A stretch of DNA of 64,000 nt, from contig CAWFQX010000004.1 in assembly GCA_963818075.1 (NCBI GenBank), positions 769,830 to 833,829 of the forward strand. Reading direction: 5' to 3'. The DNA is from an uncultured Gammaproteobacteria bacterium. Lineage in GTDB: Bacteria; Pseudomonadota; Gammaproteobacteria; Steroidobacterales; Steroidobacteraceae. Made by a program: the position numbers and the translations under genes. Numbering within the stretch: the stretch's first letter is position 1; every line of letters starts with the position of its first letter. The notes beneath the pieces were generated by a model, which made no database searches, had not been told where the DNA came from, and saw nothing but the letters and a program-made list of their open reading frames with translations. Shown in pieces: positions 13,036-22,907 of this stretch.

Positions 13036-14280
13036 TCAGGCCGGCAAGGTCACCATAAAGCAGCTGCGGCCATCGGCCATCAGAGTGCAGCGAGCGTCAC
13101 CCCCGTGGCGGCGCGCGATTTGCCGGACCAGTGCCAATCCCAAGCCGGTGCCGGCGCGATCGCGGGCATCGCTGGGGCGATAGAAGGGCCGGAAGACGTT
13201 CTCAAACTCCGCTTGCGGCACGCCGGGTCCGTTATCCCATACCGTGATCGTCGCGTTGCCGGCGTCGCGCGCAACGCGCACCTGCGTCGGCGGTGCGCCA
13301 TGGCGGCGGGCGTTCTCGAGCAGGTTTCGCAGCAGCCGGCGCAGCAAGCGGGCGTCGCCGCGGATATTGACCACCTTGCCCTCGAGCTGGGCATCGTCGT
13401 AGCGCGCACACTCCTCGGCGGCGAGCGCCAATACATCGAGCTCTTCGGTCGCCAGAGCCTCGGTGACGGCGTCGAGCCTGCTCGCCAGCAAGATTTCGTC
13501 CACCAGCCAGTCCAGCTCCGCAATGTCCTGCTCCAATCCTAATTTGAGTTTTGCGTCGGCGGACGCCTTCATCAATTCGACAGCCAAGTGGATGCGGGCC
13601 AGTGGTGTGCGCAGTTCGTGCGAAGCATTGGCGAGCAGAGCCTTGTGCCCCTGCACCAGCTGCTCAATCTGCCCGGCGGCGCGATTGAAGCTCTCGGCAA
13701 GATGCGCTACTTCGTCGCGGCCCTCGACGGCGACACGGGCCGTGAGATTGCCGGCGCCGAGCGATTCGACTCCGCGCTGCAGACGCTCCAGCCGCCCGGT
13801 GATCTGCCGCACGATGGGGAAGGCTGCGATTCCGATGGCCAGCGCCAGCAGGGCGAGGGCGGCATGGAACATGAACCGTGGGTGCGCGTACCCGATGGGT
13901 ACGCTCGCGGCCAGCCAGCGACCGTCGGCCAGATGCACGTATGACGCGTGTTCGCGACCCCACAGGGTGAATGGCATGCCCTCGTGATGCACGTCCGGAG
14001 GGGTGTGCAAGGAGCGTCCGATGGCTGCAATGGGCATCCCCTCCTGATCGAACAGCGTGACATCGCCGTGCAGCCCCGTCGCCAGCCGGCGCAGCGCCTC
14101 TTGCTGCTCCGCGGCCGGTGAGTCCGCAGGAGGCAGCACGTTCTGCACCAGTCTTCCCAGGGTCATGCCGGTCTGCTCCATGGGGCCGCCGGTGAAATGC
14201 CACAATGTCAGGGTGGCGAGCACGAAAAGGACGAGGCTGGCCACGAGCGCGAGGTAGAACCGCAGGTAGAGGCGCAGCAT
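13036..14280 (-). CDS. two-component sensor histidine kinase (CpxA/EnvZ-like architecture)
   Basis: 414 aa. It has two TM segments flanking a periplasmic domain, a HAMP region, H-box ASHELRTPL and HATPase N/G boxes (NLLENARRHG, DNGPGV, GTGLGLALV). Its start overlaps the regulator stop (TGATG). Confidence 0.88.
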   Translation of the reverse strand: MLRLYLRFYLALVASLVLFVLATLTLWHFTGGPMEQTGMTLGRLVQNVLPPADSPAAEQQEALRRLATGLHGDVTLFDQEGMPIAAIGRSLHTPPDVHHEGMPFTLWGREHASYVHLADGRWLAASVPIGYAHPRFMFHAALALLALAIGIAAFPIVRQITGRLERLQRGVESLGAGNLTARVAVEGRDEVAHLAESFNRAAGQIEQLVQGHKALLANASHELRTPLARIHLAVELMKASADAKLKLGLEQDIAELDWLVDEILLASRLDAVTEALATEELDVLALAAEECARYDDAQLEGKVVNIRGDARLLRRLLRNLLENARRHGAPPTQVRVARDAGNATITVWDNGPGVPQAEFENVFRPFYRPSDARDRAGTGLGLALVRQIARRHGGDARCTLMADGRSCFMVTLPA

Positions 14281-14978
14281 CAGTCTTGTGCTTTTGCGAA
14301 TACGTAGCCCGCGCCGCGCACCGTGATCACACGCCGCGGCTTCTTCGGATCATCCTCGATGGCGGCGCGGATGCGCGACATGTGCACGTCGATCGAGCGG
14401 TCGAAGGCCTCCAAGTGCTCGCCCTTCACCAGATCCATCAGAAGGTCGCGCGATAAAACGCGGCCGGCCTTTTCCGCGAGCGCCAGCAGTAAGTCGAACT
14501 GATATCCGGTCAGATCACATTGCACGCCATCCAGCCGTACGGCGCGGGCGGCCGTGTCGATCTCGAGACGGCCGAAATGCAGCGACTGTTCGGCAGTCAT
14601 TCGCCCACGAACCCGCCGCCGCAGGATAGCCCGCAGCCGCGCCAGCAGCTCGCGCGGCTGGAACGGCTTCGGAAGGTAGTCATCGGCGCCCAGCTCCAAG
14701 CCGACGATGCGGTCAACTGCATCGCCCCGGCCCGTCAGCATCAGTACCGGCGTGTCGGATTTGGCGCGCACCTCCCGGCACAAGTCCAGGCCGTCCATAT
14801 CCGGCAACATGAGGTCGAGCACGATCGCGTCGAACTGGGTGCCGGAGAGGCGCTCCAAGGCCGCCGCGCCCAACGCCGCAACGGTAATGAGAAATCCCGC
14901 CTGACCCAGATACTCCGACAGCATCTCGGCCAAGCGGGGATCGTCTTCGACCAACAGGATGCGCTCGACCATCGCCAA
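14280..14978 (-). CDS. OmpR-family response regulator (CpxR-like)
   Basis: 232 aa. It has a receiver domain (LLVEDD...DLMLPDMDG) and a winged-helix output domain. GLELGADDYLPKPF..REL.AR.RAILRR closely resembles CpxR. Confidence 0.9.
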   Translation of the reverse strand: MAMVERILLVEDDPRLAEMLSEYLGQAGFLITVAALGAAALERLSGTQFDAIVLDLMLPDMDGLDLCREVRAKSDTPVLMLTGRGDAVDRIVGLELGADDYLPKPFQPRELLARLRAILRRRVRGRMTAEQSLHFGRLEIDTAARAVRLDGVQCDLTGYQFDLLLALAEKAGRVLSRDLLMDLVKGEHLEAFDRSIDVHMSRIRAAIEDDPKKPRRVITVRGAGYVFAKAQD

Positions 14979-15016
14979 GACTTTAGAGCTTATGGCGAGC
15001 GTTCACCAGACACCTA

Positions 15017-15544
15017 TCAGGAATGCGGCGTCATCCCATGCATTTGCTCGATGTGGTCGGTGAATGCCTTGCGTTGCGTGGGTGTCAGCACATCGCCGAC
15101 GTCCGCGATGAGCTGCACGAAGCGCTTGGAAGCCTGGTCGGCCAGCTGTAAATGCTCCGCGCGCGCGGTCTCCAGAGCAGCTCGGTCGACGGGAGTCTGG
15201 GCGAGCGCCTGCATGACCCGGGCGTGCGAGGCGCCAAGCTGCGAATGCAGCGGCAGCAGGTCGCTGACGGCCTGTTTCACCAGGGGATCGATCTGCGCTT
15301 TCTGTGCGGCCGTGGCATCGATCTCGACGTAGAGGTGCTTGAGCACATGATCGACATGCGCGGACACGTCGGCGGCACTGTGCGTGCCGCCCATCATCAT
15401 TCCGTGAGTGCAGCTCATGCCGGCAGCCCACGCGCCGATACCGGCGGTGAGGGCAGCGCCCGCGACGAACGCGATCACGGTATAGCGGTTAAGGAATCGG
15501 CGAAACGGCTTGGCGCCGTCGGGGGTGGTTTGTTCAGTGGTCAT
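15017..15544 (-). CDS. CpxP/Spy-family periplasmic protein (LTXXQ motif), putative heavy-metal/stress sensor
   Basis: The ATG at 15544 is preceded by AAGGA. The protein has one TM/signal segment, a Met/His-rich stretch MSCTHGMMMGGTHSAADVSAHVDHVLKH, and LTPTQRKAF plus a degenerate first LTXXQ-like motif (DATAAQKAQ). Confidence 0.7.
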   Translation of the reverse strand: MTTEQTTPDGAKPFRRFLNRYTVIAFVAGAALTAGIGAWAAGMSCTHGMMMGGTHSAADVSAHVDHVLKHLYVEIDATAAQKAQIDPLVKQAVSDLLPLHSQLGASHARVMQALAQTPVDRAALETARAEHLQLADQASKRFVQLIADVGDVLTPTQRKAFTDHIEQMHGMTPHS

Positions 15545-15653
15545 GGTGGGTCCTTTAGATCGGTGGTGGAAGGTCCGAGGCGAATTCTGCGCGGTGTCGA
15601 TTAGCGGCAGTTGTGCGGCATGTAAAGTTTTGTAAAGCGCGCGCCGCGGGCCC

Positions 15654-18600
15654 TTACACCTCCAGCCGATCTCCGGAGCGGGCCACCAGCGCATACAGCA
15701 CCGGCATGAGAAAGACGCTGATCAGAAGCCGCGTGAATAGTCCGCTGACGATGACCAGGGCGAATGGCCGCTGCGAATCGGTGCCCACTCCGGTGGCGAG
15801 CGCAACCGGCAGCAGTCCCAGCGCCGCCACCAGCGCGGTCATCATGATGGGGCGCAATCGAAGGATCGCGCCTTCGCGAATGGCTTCGTTCGGGGGAGTG
15901 CCGGCGCGGCGCAGTTCGTTGACGTAGGAGATGTAAACCACGGCGGTCTGCACTGACACGCCAAATAGGGCGAGGAAGCCGATGCCCGACGACACCGAAA
16001 ACGGCGTGCCGCTGATCCACAGGGCCGCGATGCCGCCCACGGGTGCCGATAGCAACACCCCCAGCACCGTGATGAACGGGAATTTGAAATTGCCGTACAG
16101 AGCGAAAAGCAGCAGGAATATCAGAAACAAGGTCAGGGGCAGAATGACGCTCAGTTGCTGGCGCGAAGCGGTGTATTCGGAATACTCGCCGCCCCAGTCC
16201 AGCCGGTAGCCTTGCGGCAATACGACCTTGTCGCGAACCTGCTGCATGGCATCGTCCACTGCGCCCGCCAAATCGCGCCCCTCGACCGAGAACTGCACAC
16301 CGATGTAGCGCGAATTATCCTGGCGATAGATGAAGGACGCGCCGCTTGCGACTTGGATGTCCGCGAATTCCTTGAGCGGAATCTGTTGTCCGGCGGGCGT
16401 GGCCACCAGGATATTGCCGATTTCCTCGGGGTTGTCCCGGTATTGACGTTCCAGGCGCACGATCAGATCGAACTGTTTTTCCTCCTGTACGACCTGAGTC
16501 GCCACGTCGCCGCCGATGGCCGTCTGAATCAAGGCGTTGATATCGGCGACGTTCAAGCCGTAGCGGGCAATTCTTGCGCGGTCGATCTTGATGGTGAGAC
16601 TTGGCTGACCGAGCTCCTGCACCAGAGTCACTTCGCGGATGCCGCGCACCCGCTCAAGGACCTGTTTGATGGCCTTGCCCTTGTTTTGCAGCGTGCCCAA
16701 ATCGGCACCGAAGACCTTGACGGCCAGCGCGCTCTTCAAGCCCGTTTCCGCCTCATCGACCGCGTCCTCGGCCGGCTGCGTGTAATTGAAATTGATTCCG
16801 GGAAACGCCTCGAGCTTCTTGTTGATGGCCTCGATCAGTCCTGCTTTATTGCGGTAGGGGCCGGCCCATTGCGCGTAGGGCTTGAGATCGACGTAGAACT
16901 CGACGTTGAAAAAACCGGTTGGGTCGGTACCGTCGTCCGGCCGGCCCAGTTCCGAAGCCACCGTGGTGACCTCGGGAAACGAACGCAGAATCTCCCGCAC
17001 CTTGGGCGCGATCTTTGCCGATTCGTCGAAAGAAATCGTGTAGGGCATCGTTGCGCGGACCCACAGCGCACCCTCATCGAGCTTCGGCATGAACTCGGCG
17101 CCGACGCTCGGAACGAGCAGCAGCGAACCTGCCAACAAGATCACCGACGCGAGAGTGGCCGCCCACGGGTGGGCGAGGCAGACATCGAGGCCCTTGGTGT
17201 AAGCCGACTGGATGGCTTCAAAAGCGGCGTTGCGCCGCTCGCGTACGCCATCGCGCATGAACCACGCACACAGCACCGGCAGCAGAGTGAGAGTGACGAT
17301 GAGCGCTCCGATCAATGCGAACACCATGGTGTCCGCCATCGGCTTGAACAGCGTCCCGGAAGGCCCGGCCAGGACATAGATGGGCAGGAAGCTCGCCACG
17401 ATCACCGCCACCGCGTAGAACAGCGGCCGGTCGACCTCCGCGGCCGCGTCCTCGATGATTTCGCGGACATTGAGCGCGTTGCCTTTGCGCGCGACGATCT
17501 GGCGGAAAATGTTTTCGACCATGACGACAGCGCCGTCGACCAGGATCCCAAAATCCACCGCACCGATCGAGAGCAGGTTGGCGGAGGCGTTTTGCAGATC
17601 GAGACAGATGAACGCGAACAGCAGCGCCAGCGGGATGCTGGTCGCGACGATCAGACCCGCACGAAAGTCATAGAGGAAGAAAATGAGGACGACGACGACC
17701 AGCAACATCCCGCGCAGCAGGTTGCGCTCCACGGTTTGGGTGGTCAGCTCGACCAAATTGCTGCGGTCGTAGAACGGCAGCACCTTGACGTCCTTCGGCA
17801 GGATTTGCTCATTGAGTTCCTGGGTCTTCGCTTCCACCCGCTTCAGCACATCCTGGGTCTTCTCGCCGGTGCGCAGCAGAATCACGCCCTCCACGGCATC
17901 GTCCTGATTCTGGAAGCCGAATTCGCCAAGGCGCGGTGCAATACCGATCGCAACGCGGCCTACATCCTTCACCAACACCGGGATGCCGTCATGCACCGCC
18001 AGCACCACGTTGCCGATGTCCTCCAACGTGGTCAGGCGCCCCATGCCGCGTACGTAGTAGAACTGACCGCCCTGCGAGTAGAAGCCGCCGCCGGAGTTAT
18101 CGTTGTTCGCCGCCAGCGCGCTTTCCACCTGTGAGACCGACAAGCCTACCGACGCGATCCGGGCCGGATCGAGCAGCACCTGGTATTGCATGGTGCCGCC
18201 GCCGAATCCGGAGTCATCCGCCACTCCCGCCACGGACTTGAATTGCGGTTCGACGATCCAGTCCTCGAATGTCTTGAGTTCCATCGGCGAACGATCGGAG
18301 CTTTGCAATACGTAGCGATAGATCAATCCCGAAGGCGCGGACAGCGGCGACAATGTCGGGGCGATGCCGCTCGGCAGGCTGAGCTCGCCCAGCCTATTGA
18401 ATGCCTGCTGGCGCGCGAAGTAATTGTCCGTGCCGTTGCGAAAAGTGAGGATGACGTCGGATAGGCCGTAGAGCGATATCGAGCGGATGGTGGTCATTTG
18501 AGGAATGCCATTCATCTCCTTCTCGACGGGCACCGTGATCAGCCGCTCGACCTCCTCGGCGGCGCGGCCGGGCCACTGGGTGATCACTTCGACCATGGGC

Positions 18601-18779
18601 GGCGAAAGATCCGGATAGGCATCCACCGGCAGCCGATCGAGCGACCTCGTGCCGGCGCCAATGAGCACCGCGGTCATGAGCACGACGAGGAAGCCCTGCC
18701 GCAGGGAGGAGATCACGATTCGATTCATGATCGATCGGCGGCGCGGCTCCGATTCGTCGGGTGGCCGGGGCTCGCTCAT
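15654..18779 (-). CDS. czcA: heavy-metal efflux RND pump, CzcA/CusA family
   Basis: 1041 aa with a 12-TM RND layout. DFGILVDGAVVMVEN matches the DFG-DGA-VEN TM4 motif described for CzcA-type divalent-cation HME-RND pumps. Confidence 0.9.
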   Translation of the reverse strand: MSEPRPPDESEPRRRSIMNRIVISSLRQGFLVVLMTAVLIGAGTRSLDRLPVDAYPDLSPPMVEVITQWPGRAAEEVERLITVPVEKEMNGIPQMTTIRSISLYGLSDVILTFRNGTDNYFARQQAFNRLGELSLPSGIAPTLSPLSAPSGLIYRYVLQSSDRSPMELKTFEDWIVEPQFKSVAGVADDSGFGGGTMQYQVLLDPARIASVGLSVSQVESALAANNDNSGGGFYSQGGQFYYVRGMGRLTTLEDIGNVVLAVHDGIPVLVKDVGRVAIGIAPRLGEFGFQNQDDAVEGVILLRTGEKTQDVLKRVEAKTQELNEQILPKDVKVLPFYDRSNLVELTTQTVERNLLRGMLLVVVVLIFFLYDFRAGLIVATSIPLALLFAFICLDLQNASANLLSIGAVDFGILVDGAVVMVENIFRQIVARKGNALNVREIIEDAAAEVDRPLFYAVAVIVASFLPIYVLAGPSGTLFKPMADTMVFALIGALIVTLTLLPVLCAWFMRDGVRERRNAAFEAIQSAYTKGLDVCLAHPWAATLASVILLAGSLLLVPSVGAEFMPKLDEGALWVRATMPYTISFDESAKIAPKVREILRSFPEVTTVASELGRPDDGTDPTGFFNVEFYVDLKPYAQWAGPYRNKAGLIEAINKKLEAFPGINFNYTQPAEDAVDEAETGLKSALAVKVFGADLGTLQNKGKAIKQVLERVRGIREVTLVQELGQPSLTIKIDRARIARYGLNVADINALIQTAIGGDVATQVVQEEKQFDLIVRLERQYRDNPEEIGNILVATPAGQQIPLKEFADIQVASGASFIYRQDNSRYIGVQFSVEGRDLAGAVDDAMQQVRDKVVLPQGYRLDWGGEYSEYTASRQQLSVILPLTLFLIFLLLFALYGNFKFPFITVLGVLLSAPVGGIAALWISGTPFSVSSGIGFLALFGVSVQTAVVYISYVNELRRAGTPPNEAIREGAILRLRPIMMTALVAALGLLPVALATGVGTDSQRPFALVIVSGLFTRLLISVFLMPVLYALVARSGDRLEV

Positions 18780-19921
18780 TGATTTTGCATGAATTGAACG
18801 AAGATGCCCCCGTCGACCACGATTTGATCGCCCGCCTTGAGACCGTCGGCAATATCGTATTGATCGCCGGTACGGCCACCCAAGGTCACGTGCTGACGGG
18901 AGAAACTTCCGTCGGGCTGGACGAGGTACACGAACGGGAGGTTTTCGTCGTCGCGCAAAATCGAAGAAACCGGGATCAGCAGCCCGGTGCTCTCCTCGCG
19001 CGCCTTGATGAGAACGCGGACATACATCTGCTTCTTGAGGAAGTCACCCGGATTATCGGCGACGATTCGCACGGCCACCGAACGGGTGTCCGGATCGACC
19101 AGCGCTGCAATGTTGTCGACCCGCCCGGAAAAGGTCTTCGAATCGATACCGGTCTCAACCGCAGCCGAATCGCCGAGGTTGACCGACGCGAGATCGGATC
19201 CAAAAACCTGCGCCATCACCCACACGCGCGACAAATTTGCCACCGTAAAGCAGGGTGTGGTTCCCGCCTCGAGCAGTTCTCCCGGGGTGATCAATCTCTC
19301 GACCACGGTGCCCGCGATTGGCGAACGGATCATGGCCTCGGGCCGCGAAACCGGCCGGCCTTGCTGAATTTCCTTGATGGCCTCGGCCGGTACATTCAGC
19401 GCGGCCAGTGCCTGCAGCGCGGCGTCGCGGTCGGCTTCGGCGTTGGCGGCGTCGGTCTCGGCTTGGGCCGCTTCGCGTTGCGGGACGCCGTTATGCTGCA
19501 GCAGATCTTTGTCGAGATCGGCAAGATGACGGTTGGTTTGCGCGGTGGCGAGGGCTTTCTGATAAGCGCTGATGGCCGCCGCAAAATCGGGCGAAGCCAC
19601 CGCCGCCAGCGGATCGCCCTTTTTGACCCGGTCGCCGAGCGCCACCAGCAGGCGCGATACCGGACCCGAGATGGGCGCCATGACGCTGGTGGCCTGATCG
19701 TTGTCGAAATCAACCGTGCCGGTCGTCGTTATGGTCTTGTGAAATTTCGCCGGCTCAACCACGAATAGGCGGATGTGCTGCTGCTGGGCCTTGGTCAGCG
19801 AGACATTGCTCACCGACACGACGGGACTCTGCGGGCCCGTGTCCGTCTTGCGCGAGCAGCCGGCGAGGGAGAGGAGGGTGAGGGCCGCGGCGGCGACCGC
19901 CTTTGCGCGTTTACCTTCCAT
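18776..19921 (-). CDS. efflux RND periplasmic adaptor (membrane fusion protein)
   Basis: The start is set at the ATG at 19921 (MEGKRAKAVAAAALTLLSLAGCS, a lipobox/signal). The layout is the typical MFP type, and there is a 4-nt overlap with the RND pump gene. Confidence 0.85.
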   Translation of the reverse strand: MEGKRAKAVAAAALTLLSLAGCSRKTDTGPQSPVVSVSNVSLTKAQQQHIRLFVVEPAKFHKTITTTGTVDFDNDQATSVMAPISGPVSRLLVALGDRVKKGDPLAAVASPDFAAAISAYQKALATAQTNRHLADLDKDLLQHNGVPQREAAQAETDAANAEADRDAALQALAALNVPAEAIKEIQQGRPVSRPEAMIRSPIAGTVVERLITPGELLEAGTTPCFTVANLSRVWVMAQVFGSDLASVNLGDSAAVETGIDSKTFSGRVDNIAALVDPDTRSVAVRIVADNPGDFLKKQMYVRVLIKAREESTGLLIPVSSILRDDENLPFVYLVQPDGSFSRQHVTLGGRTGDQYDIADGLKAGDQIVVDGGIFVQFMQNQ

Positions 19922-21407
19922 GTTGATCCGTCGCCAAATCTCCGCGCTGCCACCACCCACCGCCAAGTGCCTGAAACAACGCCGCCGTATCGGTAAAGCG
20001 ATTCGCCCGCGCCTGCACCAGGTTTATGCGGCTCTGCTGATCTGCTTGCTCGGCGCTCAACAGCGCAAGATAGCCGGCGTAGCCGTCCTGCCATTGACGC
20101 CGCGCCAAATCCAGAGTGACGGCGGCGGCGTCCGCCGCGGCCGCCGCGGACTTCACCGCCTCGGCGTCTTGTTCGAGCGCGGTCAGGGTATCGGCGACAT
20201 TCTGAAAGGCGGTCAGAACCGTGCTGCGATACTGTTCTGCAGCCTGAGTATAGAAAGCCCGCGCGGCGCGCTCCTGATGCAGCAGCGTGCCGCCCTGAAA
20301 AATGGGGGCGGTAGCGGTCGCGCCCAGGCTCCAGAAGCCGGTGCCCGACGTGAACAGCTGGTTCATGGCGGCGGCCGTGCTGCCGGCATTCGCCGTCAAT
20401 ACGATATTCGGCAGCCGATTCGCGATGGCAATGCCGATCTTGGCGCTGGCGTCATGCAGATTCGCTTCGGCCTGCAGCACATCCGGCCTCTGTTCGACGA
20501 GTGCGGCGGGCAGGCTCACAGGCAACTCCTGCGGCAATTGCAGACCCGAAAGATCGAGCTTTTCCGCCGGCTCCTGGCTCGGGAATCGGCCGGTAAGCAC
20601 GGCCAGGAGATCGCGCAGTTGCGCCAATTGCTTGAGCAGCGGCGGCAGCGTGGCCTCGACCTGCGCCAGTTGCGACTCCTGCGCGGCAACGTCGAGCCGG
20701 CTGGCATAGCCCTTGGCGAATTGATACTGCAAGATCTTGACGGCATTGGAATTGCTGTCGATGAGCTGGCGGGTCGCATCGATCTGCATCTGCAATGAGC
20801 TCTCCTGAATGGCGGTAACCACCACATTGGAGGTCAGCGTGGTGTAGGTGGCGATCATTTGAAAACGAACCGCCTGCTCCTGCGCCTGCACGGATTCGAC
20901 GGTCCGGCGGTTCAAGCCGAACACGTCGGGCACGTACGCAACGCTGACCTGCGGAGTGAACAGGTTGTAGAGAAAGGCGTTTGAGTTGAGGGTCGGGGCG
21001 ATTTGTCCCGATTGCCGCTGCCGGCTGCCCGAAAAACTCGCCGCAACGCTGGGATAGTAGGCGCCACGTTGGGCCAGGACATTTTCCCACGCCACGGTCA
21101 ACGCCGCCTGGGCCGCCTTGAGGTCAGGGTTGTGGGCGAGCGACTGATCGATCAAATCATTGAGCGGCTGACAGCGAAACAAGGTCCACCAGTCGGCGGC
21201 AATATCGCTGCCTTTTGCAAAGCGTTGCGCTTCGCCGCCAGGGAGGTTTTCGGTCGCAACGGTGCGGGGCAGCGGATTCACCGTATAGTCGGCGACATCC
21301 GGGGGTGCGGGTTTCTTGAAGTTGGGACCCACTGCGCAACCCGCGGTGAGGGACACGATTAGGGCTGCGATGAAGCGCAACACGCGCGATTGACAAGTCA
21401 GGCTCAT
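19911..21407 (-). CDS. efflux outer-membrane factor lipoprotein, NodT family
   Basis: 498 aa with lipobox LTAGC. It has OEP-type repeats and the conserved C-terminal ALGGGW. Confidence 0.88.
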   Translation of the reverse strand: MSLTCQSRVLRFIAALIVSLTAGCAVGPNFKKPAPPDVADYTVNPLPRTVATENLPGGEAQRFAKGSDIAADWWTLFRCQPLNDLIDQSLAHNPDLKAAQAALTVAWENVLAQRGAYYPSVAASFSGSRQRQSGQIAPTLNSNAFLYNLFTPQVSVAYVPDVFGLNRRTVESVQAQEQAVRFQMIATYTTLTSNVVVTAIQESSLQMQIDATRQLIDSNSNAVKILQYQFAKGYASRLDVAAQESQLAQVEATLPPLLKQLAQLRDLLAVLTGRFPSQEPAEKLDLSGLQLPQELPVSLPAALVEQRPDVLQAEANLHDASAKIGIAIANRLPNIVLTANAGSTAAAMNQLFTSGTGFWSLGATATAPIFQGGTLLHQERAARAFYTQAAEQYRSTVLTAFQNVADTLTALEQDAEAVKSAAAAADAAAVTLDLARRQWQDGYAGYLALLSAEQADQQSRINLVQARANRFTDTAALFQALGGGWWQRGDLATDQHGR

Positions 21408-21575
21408 AGAGTCAGCTAAAGGAGCGCTGGGCGATGCTGATCTCCGTCGCTCTCGCCGTATGTTCCCGCGCAGTCATTGGTATGTGGACTCATGGGACAG
21501 CATAGCCGCAAAAAAATTCCCTAACACCCCTAGAATGCGCTATTCCACCGCCAATCGCGGCAGGCACCGGTCCAT

Positions 21576-22907
21576 TTACGAGGGCGCCGGCACGGGATGG
21601 ACGCCGCGGGACTTGGCCTTCACCCGCGCGTCTTCGAGGCCGTGGCCGTCCGGCCCCGTCTCGCGCCGCCAGAGAAGTACGGCGGAGAACAGCGCGATCA
21701 AGCTGAGCAGGAAGAAGAACCACAGCATGACCGCATATCCGCCTGGATTTTGCGCACCGGCACCCGCCTTGTCGGCGAGCCACCCTGCGGCAAGATTGGA
21801 CGCTGCCATGCCGAGCGCTTGAATCAACGTGATGAGCCCGAGTGCCGTGCCCAGACGGCGCGGTTCGACGATCAATGTCGTGGCCGGCCAGATGACCGCG
21901 GGCACCAGCGAGAAACTGATGCCCATCATCACGGTGGATACCCAGAGACTCAAGCTCGTCAGACCGAGCACCACGAAGGTCATCGGCAGCAGCAACGTCC
22001 CGAAAATCAGCATCAGCGCGCGGTGACCGAAGCGGTCGGCGAGCAATCCGAAGAAGGGCGTCGCGAAGATGGCCGCGAAGAACACCCAGCTGTTGGCCAC
22101 GCCCGCTTGGCTCAAACTCAGTCCCTTGGCGTGCTGGAAGTACTCGATGGCGTAGGTGGTCCGGAATGGGAAGAACACCGCCGCGTACAGCACGTGCAGA
22201 CCGAGGATGTACCAATACGACCGATCGAATTTTAAAACCTGCGCCCAATTTATCCGCTCCACCACCCCGCCGGCCGCGTGCAGGCCCGGCCGGTGCCGGC
22301 GGTCCAGCCAATAGAAAATCAGCGCCGCGATGAGACCCGCGAGAGTAATACCCGTACCGAGCCAGAGCGGCGCCTGCCATCCTCGGTCGTAGAGTGAATG
22401 AGCCCATGCGGTCGAGGTGTCCACGGTATAAGAGCCCATACGGGCAAGGCTCAAGTACAACGCAGTGGCGAGCGCAATGCCGCTGCGCGAGAACCATTGA
22501 GCAAGTCCCGCGATGAGTGCGATGAAGATCGCGCCCTCGCTGACGCCGAAGATGAAGCGGCCCGCCACCATGAGTTCGTACGGACTGCCCACCGCGGTGA
22601 GCGCCGCGCCCAGCACGCCGATGGCCGCCGCCCAGAGCGCGACACGCGCGGGTCCGTAACGGTCGATCAGCAGACCGTTGATGAGCGCCAAAGCGACATT
22701 GGGAATGCTGATCACTCCGTTCAGCATGCCGAGCTGCGATTGGCCAAATCCGCGCTGCCGTTGCAGAAGGTCGGCAATCGGGCCGATGACATCGTCCTCG
22801 TAGTAGCTGCTGGATACGGCGATTGCCGCCAGCGCCAGCATCCACCAGCGCAGCGGCGATTCGCCGTTGCGCCAGTGCGCGTCGGACTCCGTAGCGCCGC
22901 GGGTCAC
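21576..22907 (-). CDS. MFS transporter
   Basis: 443 aa with about 12 TM helices and an MFS loop 2-3 motif (GLLIDRYGPARV). The GTG start overlaps the stop of the upstream oxidoreductase gene (GTGA). Confidence 0.8.
   Translation of the reverse strand: MTRGATESDAHWRNGESPLRWWMLALAAIAVSSSYYEDDVIGPIADLLQRQRGFGQSQLGMLNGVISIPNVALALINGLLIDRYGPARVALWAAAIGVLGAALTAVGSPYELMVAGRFIFGVSEGAIFIALIAGLAQWFSRSGIALATALYLSLARMGSYTVDTSTAWAHSLYDRGWQAPLWLGTGITLAGLIAALIFYWLDRRHRPGLHAAGGVVERINWAQVLKFDRSYWYILGLHVLYAAVFFPFRTTYAIEYFQHAKGLSLSQAGVANSWVFFAAIFATPFFGLLADRFGHRALMLIFGTLLLPMTFVVLGLTSLSLWVSTVMMGISFSLVPAVIWPATTLIVEPRRLGTALGLITLIQALGMAASNLAAGWLADKAGAGAQNPGGYAVMLWFFFLLSLIALFSAVLLWRRETGPDGHGLEDARVKAKSRGVHPVPAPS

Noticed and set aside
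21408-21575. A CpxR-type box (GTAAA-N5-GTAAA) or an obvious direct-repeat operator upstream of the efflux operon.
   Set aside because: Only a single isolated TTTAC/GTAAA pentamer was found, with no paired repeat at the expected spacing.
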